Positions 50,407-60,569 of a stretch of DNA of 64,000 bases are shown piece by piece. The notes below the pieces were generated by a model. That model saw only the letters and a list, made by a program, of their open reading frames with translations. It was not told where the DNA came from and searched no databases. The translations under genes and the position numbers were made by a program. This DNA is from an uncultured delta proteobacterium. GTDB lineage: Bacteria > Desulfobacterota > Desulfomonilia > UBA1062. How positions within the stretch are numbered: position 1 is the first letter of the stretch; the number at the start of each line of letters is the position of its first letter. The stretch lies in the NCBI GenBank assembly GCA_963785235.1, contig CAWAUM010000003.1:384001-448000 (forward strand), given 5' to 3'.

Positions 50407-51101
50407 TTTTCGCCCTAGATGTGGACACTATGGACCTGGCCCAGCAATGGGTGGGCACCCTGAAAGGGCATGTGGGCTGGTTCAAGGTGGGACTCGAGCT
50501 TTTTACAGCTGTTGGACCCGATGTGGTGAAGCTGGTGAAAGATAATGACATCAAGTGCTTCCTCGACCTCAAGCTCCATGACATACCGAACACCGTTGCC
50601 GGGGCGGTCAAGTCGGCAGTAAGAACCGGTGCAGACATGATGACGATCCATCTCTCGGGCGGCAGGGCCATGATCAATGCGGCCATCAAGGCAGCACAGG
50701 AAGAGTCCCAGGCCCTTGGTATCGAAAGGCCAAGGATCGTGGGGGTAAGTGTCCTCACCTCATTGGGCAAGGAAGATCTCAACGAGATGGGCATAGACAA
50801 GACACCGTCCGAGCAGGTTGCACACCTGGCACAGTTTGCCGCTTCATGCGGGGCCGATGGCCTCGTCTGCTCTGCAGAGGATCTCGTGCAGATCCGTTCG
50901 AAGGTTCCCAAAACCCTCATACTCATCACACCCGGGATCAGGCCGAGCTGGTCGCAGAAAGGGGACCAGAAGCGCATTGCCACGCCACAGATTGCAATAC
51001 AATCAGGGGCGAATCTCCTGGTGATCGGCAGGCCCATCAGTGATGCCCCGGACCCTGTCCAGGCTGTGCATTTGATCGCTCAGGAGATGGAATCTGATTA
51101 G
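50385..51101 (+). CDS. pyrF: Orotidine-5'-phosphate decarboxylase
   Basis: ALD, KVGLEL, FLDLKLHDIPNTV, TPGIR, DQKR, VIGRPI. Confidence 0.95.
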   Translation: MDQNNRIIFALDVDTMDLAQQWVGTLKGHVGWFKVGLELFTAVGPDVVKLVKDNDIKCFLDLKLHDIPNTVAGAVKSAVRTGADMMTIHLSGGRAMINAAIKAAQEESQALGIERPRIVGVSVLTSLGKEDLNEMGIDKTPSEQVAHLAQFAASCGADGLVCSAEDLVQIRSKVPKTLILITPGIRPSWSQKGDQKRIATPQIAIQSGANLLVIGRPISDAPDPVQAVHLIAQEMESD

Positions 51102-51210
51102 GAAAATAATGTATCTCAAGGATCATCTCATTAATTAAATAGAGGGCATTTACACTCGCGCTGTTGATGTCGTATTGACCTCCCGAGCGTTCTCCCCTAT
51201 CCTACCGGCC

Positions 51211-51741
51211 ATGTCTACCAGGATATGCGGTGGCCAATACCGCTCTATTCGTCTTGATTGCCCTGCCTCAAAGGTGCGGCCGACAACAGACCGCGTAAAG
51301 GAGGCAATCTTTTCTACGCTCATCCATCACCTTCAGGATTCTGTTGTCCTGGATCTCTTTGCAGGCACCGGCGGACTGGGGATCGAAGCCATAAGCAGGG
51401 GTGCGGCCCGGGTCACCTTTATCGAGAAAGCCACGGAGTGCATCAAGGTCATTGAACGGAACATCCGTGTCATCGATGCCAATCAGCTTGCGATCATCAT
51501 CAAGGCCGATGCCCGCACCTATATAAATACATGCAGCTCATCCTTTGACCTTATATTCATGGACCCCCCCTACCATAAAGATCTTGCCTCGCAATTGACG
51601 CCTCATGTATATAACCTCCTCAACCCTGGAGGGATATTGGTGGTGGAACACTCGACGAAAGAGGAGATGCCATTGACTGCTTGGAAAACGAAAAGGTATG
51701 GGGACACCGCCATCTCATATTTTATGAGGAGTGAGGAATGA
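51211..51741 (+). CDS. rsmD: 16S rRNA m2G966 methyltransferase
   Basis: RPTTDRVKEAIF, LDLFAGTGGLGIEA.SRGA, DPPY. Confidence 0.93.
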   Translation: MSTRICGGQYRSIRLDCPASKVRPTTDRVKEAIFSTLIHHLQDSVVLDLFAGTGGLGIEAISRGAARVTFIEKATECIKVIERNIRVIDANQLAIIIKADARTYINTCSSSFDLIFMDPPYHKDLASQLTPHVYNLLNPGGILVVEHSTKEEMPLTAWKTKRYGDTAISYFMRSEE

Positions 51742-52247
51742 AAAGGAAAAAGATCGCGGTCTGCCCCGGCTCCTTTGACCCCATCACCAACGGACACCTT
51801 GATATCGTCCGCCGGGGCCTTTGTGTCTTCGACAAGGTGATAATCGCAGTGGGCCATAACCCCCTGAAGCAAGACCTGTTCACCACGGATGAAAAGATCG
51901 ACATGATTCAAAAATCCGTTGACGGAAACCCTCGGATAGAGGTCGATTCATTCCAGGGCCTGCTGGTTGACTACATCAAAAAGGTCGGCGCCTGCGCCAT
52001 CCTTAGAGGGCTAAGGGTCATCTCTGACTTTGAGCTCGAAATGCAGCTCGCCCTCATGAACAGGAGGCTCTGTAAAGAGGCAGAGACGTTTTTCCTTATG
52101 ACTGACTACAACCATCTCTTTGTGAGTTCAACCATTGTAAAGGCAACAGCCGCGGCAGGCGGGTGGGTCGAGGGCCTGGTACCGCAGTCTGCATTGGATA
52201 AACTCCTTGAGAAGTACCCTCATATGAATACTAAGCACCATGACTAG
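51738..52247 (+). CDS. coaD: Pantetheine-phosphate adenylyltransferase
   Basis: PGSFDPITNGHLD, RGLR..SDFE.E, SSTIVK. Confidence 0.95.
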   Translation: MKRKKIAVCPGSFDPITNGHLDIVRRGLCVFDKVIIAVGHNPLKQDLFTTDEKIDMIQKSVDGNPRIEVDSFQGLLVDYIKKVGACAILRGLRVISDFELEMQLALMNRRLCKEAETFFLMTDYNHLFVSSTIVKATAAAGGWVEGLVPQSALDKLLEKYPHMNTKHHD

Positions 52248-52259
52248 GGAGGATTTGCA

Positions 52260-53438
52260 TTGAAGATATCTAAGCTCGTATCAAAGATTCCGGGGTCACC
52301 GACACTAGCCTTGACCGCCAAGGTCAATGAGCTCAAGGCAAAGGGCAAGGATGTTATCGGGTTCACTGCCGGAGAACCGGATTTCGATACCCCTGAAAAT
52401 ATAAAAACCTCTGCCATTGATGCAATTGGAAGAGGAAGCACGAAATACACAGCGGTCGGTGGCACCCCCAAGCTCAAGGAGGCCATCTGTGCGAACATCA
52501 AGAAGGATTATGCCCTGAGCGTTGCCCCTGAAAATGTCATCGTCTCCTGTGGAGCCAAACACAGCCTCTATAACCTGTTCCTCACCCTGTTCGAAGAAGG
52601 AGATGAGGTAATCCTCCCCGGTCCGTACTGGGTATCATACCTTCCCATGGTGGAAATGACAGGGGCAAAAACAATTACCATCGACACCAGGCCTACCGGC
52701 ATGAAGCTCCATGCGGACATGGTGGACGAGGCAATCACCAAGCGCACGAAAGGCATCATTATCAACTCTCCTTCTAACCCAACAGGTGTTGTCATCGACA
52801 GGTTGGAACTCGAGAAGATAGCAGAGCTTTGTGTGAAGCATGATATTATAATCATATCAGACGATATCTACCGCAAGATCATCTTTGATGGGCTGGAGTT
52901 TTTCAGTGCCGCCATGATCTCGCCCGAGGTGGCCCAAAGAACCTTCATCGTGGATGGGTCTTCAAAAACCTATTCCATGACAGGCTGGCGTATCGGGTAC
53001 TGCATAGGTGACAGCAAGGTCATCAAAGCCATGGAGAGGCTGCAAAGTCAGAGTACATCTAACCCTACCAGCTTCGCCCAGGATGGCGCCATTACCTCTC
53101 TAATAGACGACCAAAACCTGTTGATTGTGGAGGAGAGAAGAAAAATCTTTGAAACCAGGCGAGATCTTATCGTTACCAAGCTCAGAGAAATCCCGGGGAT
53201 CGATATCATACCCCCGGACGGGTCTTTCTACGCATTCCCCTCCATTAACGGCTATATGGAGCGGTTCGGCAATGCAACCGCCTTCTCGGAATATCTTATC
53301 GATAAGGCCTTGGTTGCGCTTGTCCCCGGTGATGAGTTCGGCGCACCGAACCATGTGAGATTCTCATTTGCCACCTCGGAAGAAAACATTACCAAGGGTC
53401 TTGCAAGGATCAAGGAGGCCCTTTCTTTACTCAAATAA
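52260..53438 (+). CDS. PLP-dependent class I aminotransferase (aspartate aminotransferase-like)
   Basis: GEPDFDTP, GAKHSL, NSPSNPTG, SDDIY, SKTYSMTGWRIG, RFSFA. Confidence 0.92.
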   Translation: MKISKLVSKIPGSPTLALTAKVNELKAKGKDVIGFTAGEPDFDTPENIKTSAIDAIGRGSTKYTAVGGTPKLKEAICANIKKDYALSVAPENVIVSCGAKHSLYNLFLTLFEEGDEVILPGPYWVSYLPMVEMTGAKTITIDTRPTGMKLHADMVDEAITKRTKGIIINSPSNPTGVVIDRLELEKIAELCVKHDIIIISDDIYRKIIFDGLEFFSAAMISPEVAQRTFIVDGSSKTYSMTGWRIGYCIGDSKVIKAMERLQSQSTSNPTSFAQDGAITSLIDDQNLLIVEERRKIFETRRDLIVTKLREIPGIDIIPPDGSFYAFPSINGYMERFGNATAFSEYLIDKALVALVPGDEFGAPNHVRFSFATSEENITKGLARIKEALSLLK

Positions 53439-53465
53439 TCCATGGGGGTCTTTTAAAGAATACTC

Positions 53466-53492
53466 TAAAGAAAAAAATGACAACACCGATAG
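53466..53492 (+). promoter_or_regulatory. Sigma28 (FliA)-type promoter of fliS
   Basis: TAAA-N15-ACCGATAG, close to the consensus TAAA-N15-GCCGATAA, 35 nt upstream of fliS. Confidence 0.7.
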
Positions 53493-53527
53493 TATTAGTA
53501 GAATAGAAGTTGGTGGAGGGGTCTTTA

Positions 53528-53905
53528 ATGAACATAAATACAGTCGGGTACCAAGCATACAAAAAGACCCAGATTCAAACCGCTGATCAGGGAAATCTGA
53601 TTCTCTTGTGTTATGACGGCGCCATAAACTTCATTAGGCAGGCTATTAAGGCTCACAATGAGAATAAACTTGAAGACATGAACGAATTGCTCACCAAAAG
53701 TCAAAACGTCTTGTGGGAATTGATTAACGGCCTGAACTTTGAGGCAGGTGATATCGCACACAAACTCGATTCTCTTTACAACTACATGATCAGACGCCTA
53801 ATTGATGCCCAGTACCATAATACAATGGAGCCTCTCAATGAGGTGATCGCTTATTTACAGGAGCTCAGGGAATCATGGCAGACCATCATTCTGAAACAGC
53901 CCTGA
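53528..53905 (+). CDS. fliS: Flagellar export chaperone FliS
   Basis: AYKKTQIQTA, LILLCYDGAI, EL..GLNFEAG.IA..L.SLY.YM, LRESW. Confidence 0.9.
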   Translation: MNINTVGYQAYKKTQIQTADQGNLILLCYDGAINFIRQAIKAHNENKLEDMNELLTKSQNVLWELINGLNFEAGDIAHKLDSLYNYMIRRLIDAQYHNTMEPLNEVIAYLQELRESWQTIILKQP

Positions 53906-54243
53906 ACCTCCTCAAGTCATGGCGCGTTATCCTGAATAAAGAAACTGGGGCCCTATCCCAGGGAAACATTCAGGAGTTGGAAAGGCTTTTTCAGGAAACT
54001 TCGAAAATTCAGCAACGGCTAAGCCGGATGTTTGCAGCATCAAACACCCTTGTAAAAGACAAGAATATCTCTATCCTGATCAGGGAGCTTCACGCGGAGC
54101 AGGAAAAGCTCATCGAGTCCCTGAAAAATCAAACGGAAGGGCTCGCACTAGAGATCGGCACATTAAGAAAAAGCCAAGCATCACTCAAGGGCTATAAACA
54201 AAAAAATCCTGCTCCGCCCCGCTTCACGAACGAACACACATAA
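53875..54243 (+). CDS. Helical protein, probable FliT/FlgN-like flagellar chaperone
   Basis: All-helical 122-aa ORF overlapping the fliS end, C-terminal ..KGY.. pattern; call based mainly on position. Confidence 0.5.
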   Translation: MADHHSETALNLLKSWRVILNKETGALSQGNIQELERLFQETSKIQQRLSRMFAASNTLVKDKNISILIRELHAEQEKLIESLKNQTEGLALEIGTLRKSQASLKGYKQKNPAPPRFTNEHT

Positions 54244-54300
54244 CTTACCTTACCTTCGATGAGTTGACAGACGCAATAATTTCTCTTAGTCTGTGGGACT

Positions 54301-54873
54301 ATGCAGATGTTACTCTCATCGGGCTCTCCGAGAAGAAAAGAACTGCTCTCGCTGCTTGGAATCCCTTTCCACGTTGTTGTCCCCAACATACCTGAAATTC
54401 AGCAACTTGATGAAACACCGGAAACATTTTGTTTGCGGGTCAGCAAGGAAAAGGCACTTCTCGTAGCCCAGAAACACCCTGACGCACTGGTCATCGGGGC
54501 AGACACAATTGTTGTGATAGATGGAAATATCCTTGGCAAACCTCGTAACCCAAGCGAAGCTTATAATTTTCTCATGCTCCTTCAAGATAAAATGCATCAT
54601 GTTCTCACCGGGTATACTATAGCATTAGGAAATCACTCCATATCAAATGTGGTCAAAACAAAGGTCCGTTTCAGGGCCATGACTGCAAAAGAAATCTCCT
54701 GGTATGTCTCAACCGGTGAACCTATGGACAAAGCCGGGGCATATGCAGTACAAGGCATTGGATCCTTGTTCATAGAAAAAATCCATGGGTGTTACACCAA
54801 TGTCATTGGTTTGCCGCTTTCCCATCTTTACAAAGATTTAAAAAAATTCGGAGTACAGCTGCAAGACGAATGA
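54301..54873 (+). CDS. maf: Maf-family nucleoside triphosphate pyrophosphatase
   Basis: SGSPRRKELL, EKA, GADT, GKP, DKAGAYAVQG, NVIGLP. Confidence 0.93.
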   Translation: MQMLLSSGSPRRKELLSLLGIPFHVVVPNIPEIQQLDETPETFCLRVSKEKALLVAQKHPDALVIGADTIVVIDGNILGKPRNPSEAYNFLMLLQDKMHHVLTGYTIALGNHSISNVVKTKVRFRAMTAKEISWYVSTGEPMDKAGAYAVQGIGSLFIEKIHGCYTNVIGLPLSHLYKDLKKFGVQLQDE

Positions 54874-54893
54874 GTGAGAAGGAGGCCCGAATC

Positions 54894-56390
54894 ATGAACG
54901 GCTATGTACTGGCATTTGATCAGGGAACAACAGGAAGCAGGGTTATGATCCTCAACCACAAGGGTCAGGTGGTAGGATCGGCTTACTCTGAATTTCCCCA
55001 GATCTTTCCCCAACCAGGCTGGGTTGAACATGACCCTGAGGTTATTTGGGATACAACCTTGAACGTAATGAGAAAGGCCTTTGATGCTGCATATGTCAAA
55101 CCCGAAGAGATCATATCCATTGGGATTACCAATCAGAGGGAGACAACCGTTTTATGGGACAGAAACACATTAAAGCCCGTTCATAATGCCATTGTCTGGC
55201 AATGCAGGAGATCAGCACAGATCTGTGAAGCATTAAAGCATGACGGGCATGAGAAGCTTTTCCAGGAAAAGACAGGGCTCGTTCTCGATGCATATTTTTC
55301 AGGCACCAAGGTCAAATGGCTCCTTGATACGATCCCGGGCTTAAGGTCCCGCGCAAACTCCGGTGAAATAGCCTTTGGTACTATTGATACCTGGCTTATA
55401 GCCAAGCTCACCAAGGGCAGGCTCCATGTAACGGACTACACCAATGCATCCAGGACATTGATGTTCAATATCCACGAAAGATCCTGGGATGATCAACTCT
55501 TAAAAATTCTCGATATTCCCCGCGCTATGCTTCCCCGGGTTGTGTCATCAGCAGAAATCATCGGCAAGTCCGATCCTGATGTCACGGGGGCTGCCATACC
55601 CATTGCGGGCATTGCAGGCGATCAGCAGGCTGCACTGTTCGGCCAGGGGTGCTTTCATGCAGGACAGGCAAAAAATACATACGGAACAGGCTGTTTTCTC
55701 CTGCTGAATGTCGGAACTCAAAAGATTGAACCGAAAAACGGCCTTATCCTTACACTGGCGTGCGATGACACGGGAAAACCCTGTTATGCTCTCGAAGGAT
55801 CAGTGTTCATTGCCGGAGCTGTGGTACAGTGGTTGCGCGACGGGCTTGGACTGATTGCCGATGCTGCACAATGCCAGGAGATTGCAGAGAGCGTGAGCGA
55901 TTCTCACGGAGTCTACATGGTGCCTGCCTTTGCCGGGTTAGGTGCACCCTACTGGGATATGTATGCACGGGGTGCCATCATGGGGATCACCCGAAGCACT
56001 ACCAAGGCACATATCGTACGTGCAGCACTTGAGGGCATAGCCTATGAGGTAAAAGATCTCATAAGCGCGTTCGAACAGAGCACGAGCACATTATTCTCTG
56101 ACATAAAAGTCGACGGAGGGGCATGCAGAAACGATTTCCTGATGCAGTTCCAATCCGATATCCTGGGTTTTCCAGTAGACAGATCCAATCATATTGAGTC
56201 AACAGGTATGGGGGCAGCTTATCTTGCAGGCATAGCAACGGGCTTCTGGAATCCAGGAGATGAAATCAGGTCTTTAAGGGGATCTGATCGCATCTTTTTA
56301 CCAAAGATCGATGGGAACACCAGGGAAAAAATGTATTCGGGCTGGAAGGAGATTGTGGCCAGAGTGATATCTAACCACACGAATACATGA
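54894..56390 (+). CDS. glpK: Glycerol kinase
   Basis: DQGTTGSR, TNQRET, WQCRR, YFSGTK, GDQQAALFGQ, KNTYGTG, GAPYW, DGG. Confidence 0.95.
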   Translation: MNGYVLAFDQGTTGSRVMILNHKGQVVGSAYSEFPQIFPQPGWVEHDPEVIWDTTLNVMRKAFDAAYVKPEEIISIGITNQRETTVLWDRNTLKPVHNAIVWQCRRSAQICEALKHDGHEKLFQEKTGLVLDAYFSGTKVKWLLDTIPGLRSRANSGEIAFGTIDTWLIAKLTKGRLHVTDYTNASRTLMFNIHERSWDDQLLKILDIPRAMLPRVVSSAEIIGKSDPDVTGAAIPIAGIAGDQQAALFGQGCFHAGQAKNTYGTGCFLLLNVGTQKIEPKNGLILTLACDDTGKPCYALEGSVFIAGAVVQWLRDGLGLIADAAQCQEIAESVSDSHGVYMVPAFAGLGAPYWDMYARGAIMGITRSTTKAHIVRAALEGIAYEVKDLISAFEQSTSTLFSDIKVDGGACRNDFLMQFQSDILGFPVDRSNHIESTGMGAAYLAGIATGFWNPGDEIRSLRGSDRIFLPKIDGNTREKMYSGWKEIVARVISNHTNT

Positions 56391-57154
56391 ATATCTTAGA
56401 ATTTATCGGCAGGATGACAATCTCCTTTGTGGAAGAGCTGGGCGCCTTTTTCCTCTTCTTCTTCCAGGCAATAACCCATCTTGTAAGACCACCCCTGTTT
56501 ATTAAGCAGCTCTTTAAACAGATGGAGTTTATCGGCATTCGCTCAACACCCGTGGTAATGCTCACAGGAATATTTTCCGGCATGGTGAGCGCGTTGCAGA
56601 CGTATCATGGATTCAGCCTCTTCGGGGCGGAGTCTCTTGTCGGCTCCACAACCGCCCTGGGCCTTCTCAGAGAACTCGGACCGGTACTTGCGGCTTTAAT
56701 GGTGACAGCCCGGGCAGGGTCGGCAATGACTGCGGAGATCGGGATAATGCGCGTGACACAACAGATCGATGCGCTGGTTGTCATGGGTGTTAACCCTTTT
56801 CAATACCTTATCATTCCTCGGATTGTCGCTACTATCATTATGATGCCCATGCTCACCCTTATCTTCGATAGTATCGGGATGATCGGGTCCTACCTTGTTG
56901 GAACACTAGTACTCGATATCGACAAAGGGGTATTCATGGCCCGCATTATCGAGTATGTCGGGTACACGGATCTTTTTTCCGGATTGATCAAGAGTGCCTT
57001 CTTCGGGGCAATACTGGCAATAGTCGGTTGCTACAAGGGATACAGCACAAGCGGGGGCGCGGAAGGCGTTGGGCAGGCGGCTACACAATCAGTAGTACTC
57101 TCTTCAGTAAGCATCCTGATTGCAGATTACATTCTAACCGCTATCATGTTCTAA
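56387..57154 (+). CDS. mlaE: MlaE-family lipid ABC transporter permease
   Basis: RELGPVLAALMV.ARAGSAMTAEIG.MRVTQQIDAL, GAEGVG. Confidence 0.92.
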   Translation: MNILEFIGRMTISFVEELGAFFLFFFQAITHLVRPPLFIKQLFKQMEFIGIRSTPVVMLTGIFSGMVSALQTYHGFSLFGAESLVGSTTALGLLRELGPVLAALMVTARAGSAMTAEIGIMRVTQQIDALVVMGVNPFQYLIIPRIVATIIMMPMLTLIFDSIGMIGSYLVGTLVLDIDKGVFMARIIEYVGYTDLFSGLIKSAFFGAILAIVGCYKGYSTSGGAEGVGQAATQSVVLSSVSILIADYILTAIMF

Positions 57155-57190
57155 GAAAATAAACGTTGTCTTGAACTTTTTAAGATTAGC

Positions 57191-57625
57191 TCAACCGGTG
57201 GCCTCAGTAATAGAAGAGATCATTTCGATAGCATCCACAGGGCACTCCAGCGCACAGAAACTACATCCAATACAAGCCTTCCCTTCTTTAAGGTAGGGAT
57301 GTCCATGAAGATTCCCCGAGTCGTGGGGCAACGAGAGTGCAAGGCAATTTACCGGGCATGTTTCGATGCACATATTGCATGACATGCATTGCTTCAGGTT
57401 TATCCGAGGTTTTTTCCACTGGGTACGCTTGACCAAGGCGCAAAGAATATCGAACTGGTCAAGAACCGAGGCATGCGGGCAAATCCGACCGCACGCCCCG
57501 CACTCGATGCATATCAAAGGGTCGATGGTGTGGACCTCTTTATTCACACCGGTAATAGCCGTGACAGGGCACACCTTCTTACATGCCTGGCAACCTACGC
57601 ACGATTTTGTGATGGTAAACGGCAT
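57191..57625 (-). CDS. Polyferredoxin (four 4Fe-4S motifs), probable AOR partner
   Basis: Four CxxCxxCxxxCP motifs; directly downstream of the AOR gene. Confidence 0.9.
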   Translation of the reverse strand: MPFTITKSCVGCQACKKVCPVTAITGVNKEVHTIDPLICIECGACGRICPHASVLDQFDILCALVKRTQWKKPRINLKQCMSCNMCIETCPVNCLALSLPHDSGNLHGHPYLKEGKACIGCSFCALECPVDAIEMISSITEATG

Positions 57626-57643
57626 ATCTCTCCTCCACCTTTC

Positions 57644-59605
57644 TTAGCTGATCTTAATACCGAGCCTGGCCATACACTGGGATGTCGGCTTTCCCGTTTC
57701 CGTGTCCCAACCGAACTGGGCCCAGTAATCGCTCATCATCTTCTCGATCTGAACGGTCCTGCCCTTGTTGGCGCCACGGGTGAGAGGAGCCCTTCCAATT
57801 GCGCGGTCGCTCAGTTTGTTTGATTTCGGCTCGATACCATGTTTAACATTGAAAGCCTGTTTCAGGGTCTGGATACGCTCCCCGATCTCCATGTACTCTT
57901 CGGGTGTCTTTCTCCAGCCTGTCACAGCATTCAGCCAGTCAAAGGTCGGTGTCCTCTTGATGCCGATAAAGGCACCGAACATACAGATCCCTGCCCCGTT
58001 GACCACACACATATACTTACTGCAAGCAGCAGATTCCTGTGCCTGCTTTTCACTTGCCTTATATCTGCTGTTCTTGAAATAAATCTCAAAGGGCCATTTT
58101 CGCGGCAGGCCTTTCACCTTCTTCCACAGCTGAAACATTTCATAGTAAAGGTAGGCGCCAATGGTGTGCCGCCCAGGGGTTGGCTCAACTGAATATGCCA
58201 ATGCAAATCCTGGGTCCATCCTGCCGTCATGCATAGCCGGCTCCTGCCCACCTGCATGGACGGTATACTTCTGTGCATCCTTGCCGATCTTTTTGGACGC
58301 CACCCTGGTCCCGTCTGCCAGGATGTCACCGATCCCCTCCCTACTGATCATCTTTTCAATGATCGCCTTAACTCCCTTGGTATTTCCCCAGGTGAGATCG
58401 ATACCTCCAGTGTCCTGACTGGTAAGGATACCGTTCTCATAGCATTCCTGGGCAAAGGCAACCGTGGCACCGGCCGATATGGTATCCATACCTGCCCGGT
58501 TCAGTGTTTCGTTAAGCTCGAAGAGGCTTCCAGTATCTTCATTCATACAGAGTCCGCCGAGTGCAAGGACAGATTCATATTCCGGCTTGTGTGTCTCCAT
58601 ATCCTTACCTGGCATTGTGCAGATTCCGCCACAGCCAAGGGGGCAGGAATAGCAGTGGTACTTGATCTTTTCTTGTTTTTTGATTCGGTCAGGATTGGCG
58701 GATTTGGATTTATTCATTGGCCAGTCCTCATTGCTGCCCTTCCAGTTCTTTATAGGAGAATCCCCCCATTCCACTGACATCTGGTTCAGGCCGCCTGTCC
58801 CCCACTGTTTCAGGATCATCTTGTAGATCATCCCGTCCATGGCCATAGCCGTAGGCAATATTCTCAGCAGGATACCCAACAAACCCATACCTGTGCCTGG
58901 TCCTAAGGGGAGCTGAAACTGCACCCACTTGTTACAGGTCTTGCTCAACCTCTTCACTTCATTTAGGTTAAAAGGTCTTATACGCTTCTTGCCGTCGAGG
59001 ACTACTGCCTTGAGTTTTTTGGAGCCCATTACAGCGCCAAGACCTGAGCGTGCCGCAAGTCTTCCCTTGTCATTGCTTATCCCCGAGATGAGAGAGAGTC
59101 TTTCACCTGCAGGCCCTATCGTTGCTATCCTTGCGCCGACACCAAATTCATTTTTCAGTGTTTCCTCAGTGTCTACGGTGTCTTTCCCCCATAACCCAGT
59201 AGCATCCCTGAGCTCTGCCTTGCCGTTTCTCACTAATAGCAGCACGGGTTTTTCGCTGATACCCTTAAAAAAGATCCCGTCGTATCCGCATCGTTTTATA
59301 GCCGGAGAAAATGACCCCCCGCAGTTTGCATCTCCCCATCCGCCGGTAAGCGGCGATTTGCCCACAACCATCCACCTGCCTGAAAACAGGCTGCCGGTCC
59401 CTGTCAGGAGGCCTGATACGAACCCGAGGATATTGTCCGGACCCAGTGGATCGGCACCTGCCGGTATCCTATTGTACAAAAGATGGGCAGCAAGGCCCGA
59501 CCCTGCCAGGTATTTCTCATAGACCTCATCAGGCACGACCTCTTCTTTGATATCTTGCGTCGTAAGATCCACCATCAAGATCTTCCCCATATAACCTTGA
59601 TCCAT
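57644..59605 (-). CDS. Aldehyde:ferredoxin oxidoreductase family protein (W/Mo pterin)
   Basis: GYMGKIL.VDL, KSPLTG, IGPAGE, AARSGLGAVMGSK.LKA, CYSCPLGC, EYE, GMDTIS. Confidence 0.92.
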   Translation of the reverse strand: MDQGYMGKILMVDLTTQDIKEEVVPDEVYEKYLAGSGLAAHLLYNRIPAGADPLGPDNILGFVSGLLTGTGSLFSGRWMVVGKSPLTGGWGDANCGGSFSPAIKRCGYDGIFFKGISEKPVLLLVRNGKAELRDATGLWGKDTVDTEETLKNEFGVGARIATIGPAGERLSLISGISNDKGRLAARSGLGAVMGSKKLKAVVLDGKKRIRPFNLNEVKRLSKTCNKWVQFQLPLGPGTGMGLLGILLRILPTAMAMDGMIYKMILKQWGTGGLNQMSVEWGDSPIKNWKGSNEDWPMNKSKSANPDRIKKQEKIKYHCYSCPLGCGGICTMPGKDMETHKPEYESVLALGGLCMNEDTGSLFELNETLNRAGMDTISAGATVAFAQECYENGILTSQDTGGIDLTWGNTKGVKAIIEKMISREGIGDILADGTRVASKKIGKDAQKYTVHAGGQEPAMHDGRMDPGFALAYSVEPTPGRHTIGAYLYYEMFQLWKKVKGLPRKWPFEIYFKNSRYKASEKQAQESAACSKYMCVVNGAGICMFGAFIGIKRTPTFDWLNAVTGWRKTPEEYMEIGERIQTLKQAFNVKHGIEPKSNKLSDRAIGRAPLTRGANKGRTVQIEKMMSDYWAQFGWDTETGKPTSQCMARLGIKIS

Positions 59606-59805
59606 AATCCCTCCTTCTTAAAATACTACCAGAGAATCCATTAATTTCTTGATTTCCACACTTCGAAAGATGGAGATATCGATAAACGATGTTATTTTAA
59701 CAGTGTTAATTTTATAAGATTGTTTATGCCAAAGCAAGCGCGGAATCAATCAGACATAGAGATTGTAAGAGAATAGATCCTCGACGAAACCTCAACCATC
59801 ATTGC

Positions 59806-59934
59806 TAAGAGGCAATTACAAAACTACCACTTTGTCGATTCCCGCGGAAGCGATACTCCTATTTATGTCAATGGATTCTAGACCCCCGCTTTCGTGGGGA
59901 TGACAGTTTTTATTAATTCTGCAAGAAGCTCTTA
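59806..59934. repeat. Degenerate REP-doublet element with terminal inverted repeats, abutting the trxC stop codon
   Basis: GTCGATTCCCGCGGAAGCG at 59834 and CTAGACCCCCGCTTTCGTGGGGATGAC at 59878-59904; ends TAAGAGGCAATTACAAAACT / AATTCTGCAAGAAGCTCTTA. Confidence 0.65.
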
Positions 59935-60384
59935 AGAAAGTATTTCCACCAACTGCCTCTCAAGTTCTTCTTGTGACTGGGCACCAATAATGTTTTTTAT
60001 GGCATTGCCTTTCTTGAAAAGAACAAGACTCGGGATGGACCGGATACCATAGCGTGAGGCTGTAACAGGATTTTCATCTACATTCACCTTCACAACTTTA
60101 AGCCTGCCAATATATTTTATAGCGAGATTATCAAGTATAGGTGAGACCATCTTGCACAGCCCGCACCATGGAGCCCAGAAATCAACAAGTACCGTCCCGG
60201 GGTAATTGAGGACTTCATTGCTAAAGTTTGCATCGCTCGCTACGGTAGGATGTACAGGAGCAGTTGCTGCATCAATAGGCCCATGGCACTTACCGCAGAA
60301 GGCCTTTTTATCAATGCGGCTCCTGGGTATTCTATTTTTGGCACCGCACTTGGAGCAGATTACAATAAAACTTTCATTATCCAT
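59932..60384 (-). CDS. trxC: Thioredoxin 2 with N-terminal Zn finger
   Basis: CSKC...NRI...CGKC Zn site, DFWAPWCGLC, IRSIP. Confidence 0.9.
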   Translation of the reverse strand: MDNESFIVICSKCGAKNRIPRSRIDKKAFCGKCHGPIDAATAPVHPTVASDANFSNEVLNYPGTVLVDFWAPWCGLCKMVSPILDNLAIKYIGRLKVVKVNVDENPVTASRYGIRSIPSLVLFKKGNAIKNIIGAQSQEELERQLVEILS

Positions 60385-60569
60385 TTTCTTTCCTTTATAC
60401 GCTTCAGGACGTACATGAACCTACCTACCAACCGATAATCTCCCTTTTTTCCTTTCTTGTCTTTTCCTTCCTTTCTTTTCTATAGGGGCTCATCCCATCA
60501 TTTTTCCAGGGGGGGGTAGATAATAATTTCCATTTATGTACGATTGGATTCAGCATAGTGAGAATCATA

